Source of the DNA: a bacterium
Lineage (GTDB): Bacteria > Zhuqueibacterota > Zhuqueibacteria > Oceanimicrobiales > Oceanimicrobiaceae
DNA length: 64,000 nucleotides
Direction: 5' to 3'
Assembly: GCA_037446635.1 (NCBI GenBank)
Contig: JBBIIG010000003.1
Location: forward strand, 55,302-119,301
Part shown: positions 63,013 through 64,000 of the stretch, piece after piece
Numbering within the stretch: position 1 is the first letter of the stretch
Layout: every line of letters starts with the position of its first letter
Program-made: the position numbers and the translations under genes
Notes under the pieces: model-generated
Seen by the model: only the letters and a program-made list of their open reading frames with translations
What the model was told of the DNA's origin: nothing
The model's database searches: none

Positions 63013-64000
63013 TCACTCCCTAACAAATCGCGGCAGCATCGGCACATCGGGATGAATATCCGGGCCGAAAAATTTGATGATGATCAAATCCTCGCGGCCG
63101 GTGTTTTGAATCTCCAGCGGCGCAATGGCGCGATCGTGAGTAATCAGCAATTCGTCCAAATTGGGATCGCCGCCAGCAACTTCTTGTCCGCCAAAGATTC
63201 CCGTTCCGCGCCACACGAGAATATTATACACCCCGCGATCGCGGCTCGTGAATTTCTGCCCCGGCCGCACCACCAATTTTTTGCCGCTGAAACGCAGCGT
63301 GTTGTAAAAAATCCAATACTCCTCGCCGCCGGCTTGCTGATTTTCTTTGATGAGGATCGGCGGCGTATGGCGGTGCTCATAAAAGTACGGATCGCCGTTG
63401 GTGGGCCAGTCGATGAAATCGAGGATGATGCGCTCGCCGTGTTTTTTGCGATCCTCGGGACGGACGTCTTTGAACAGTAGTTCCTTCGAAATTTGAAATT
63501 TGCCGACCCGCGCCTGCAGCATCGCGAACACGTCGGAGTCCTCCTGCAATTCGATGGTGAGTGCCGAGCCGGGCGCGTGCAGCACGCCGGACGGAATGTG
63601 AAAGCCTTCGCCGGCAACTTGCAGGTAGGCGCGTGCGTGCTGCAAAATCAGGTCGCTGTCCCATTTTTCGAGATACGGCAAAAGCAGCTCGTACTTTTTT
63701 TGTTCGGCAATGTAGGGATGAACGCCGAAAAAGGTTTCGGGATGCGGCCCCAGATCGACGCCCTCGGGAAAATAGTACGCTTCTTCTTTGGGATTGCGCC
63801 CCACCAGCGCCGCGTGCTGCTTCATTTGATGGAGATGATACGGCAGGCGCTCGGCGTAATCAAAAATTTTGGCGAGGCGGTCGAGGGATTGGTGCGTGCG
63901 GGCATAATCCTCGCCCATGATGGCCTGCGGCGCGATCTCCACGGCTTCTTTCAAAGTAATGCTCTCTTTGGTTTCGAGGTTGAGATAACTCAATCCCTCG
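63013..64000 (-). CDS. Mannose-6-phosphate-isomerase-like cupin protein (5' end outside window)
   Basis: KIFD...LPYHLH, KEEAYYF, GVLHAPG, ELQEDSD. Confidence 0.7.
   Translation of the reverse strand, partial: EGLSYLNLETKESITLKEAVEIAPQAIMGEDYARTHQSLDRLAKIFDYAERLPYHLHQMKQHAALVGRNPKEEAYYFPEGVDLGPHPETFFGVHPYIAEQKKYELLLPYLEKWDSDLILQHARAYLQVAGEGFHIPSGVLHAPGSALTIELQEDSDVFAMLQARVGKFQISKELLFKDVRPEDRKKHGERIILDFIDWPTNGDPYFYEHRHTPPILIKENQQAGGEEYWIFYNTLRFSGKKLVVRPGQKFTSRDRGVYNILVWRGTGIFGGQEVAGGDPNLDELLITHDRAIAPLEIQNTGREDLIIIKFFGPDIHPDVPMLPRFVRE

Overview
64 kb of a moderately GC-rich diderm bacterial chromosome. The gene content and intergenic repeat style suggest an FCB-associated lineage such as KSB1, but this is inference only. 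From left to right: a myxobacterial Agl-Glt-like envelope motor cluster (OM barrel, two TPR proteins, GltF-like, MotA/ExbB, two ExbD, GltG/TonB-like); a deoxynucleoside kinase; an ECF sigma/anti-sigma/DUF4097 operon; three Uma2 paralogs around trpF; a microcompartment satellite locus (EutN, DeoC with an N-terminal extension, pyrimidine-nucleoside phosphorylase) interrupted by toxin-antitoxin genes; TA cassettes stacked behind a duplicated mdh 3' end; several secreted proteins and proteases; a TPR / TPR-CHAT protease / 25-aa peptide locus; an SSS transporter, M16 peptidase and frameshifted LysM lytic transglycosylase; tRNA-Val(CAC); an AraC-linked glycyl radical enzyme cluster with a sugar kinase, cupin and PhyH dioxygenase; and a hybrid sensor kinase. 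Intergenic regions are dense with small, often nested palindromic elements. One of these, a 30-bp element, sits in frame inside two protein-coding genes. All protein calls come from motif recognition by eye; no searches were run.
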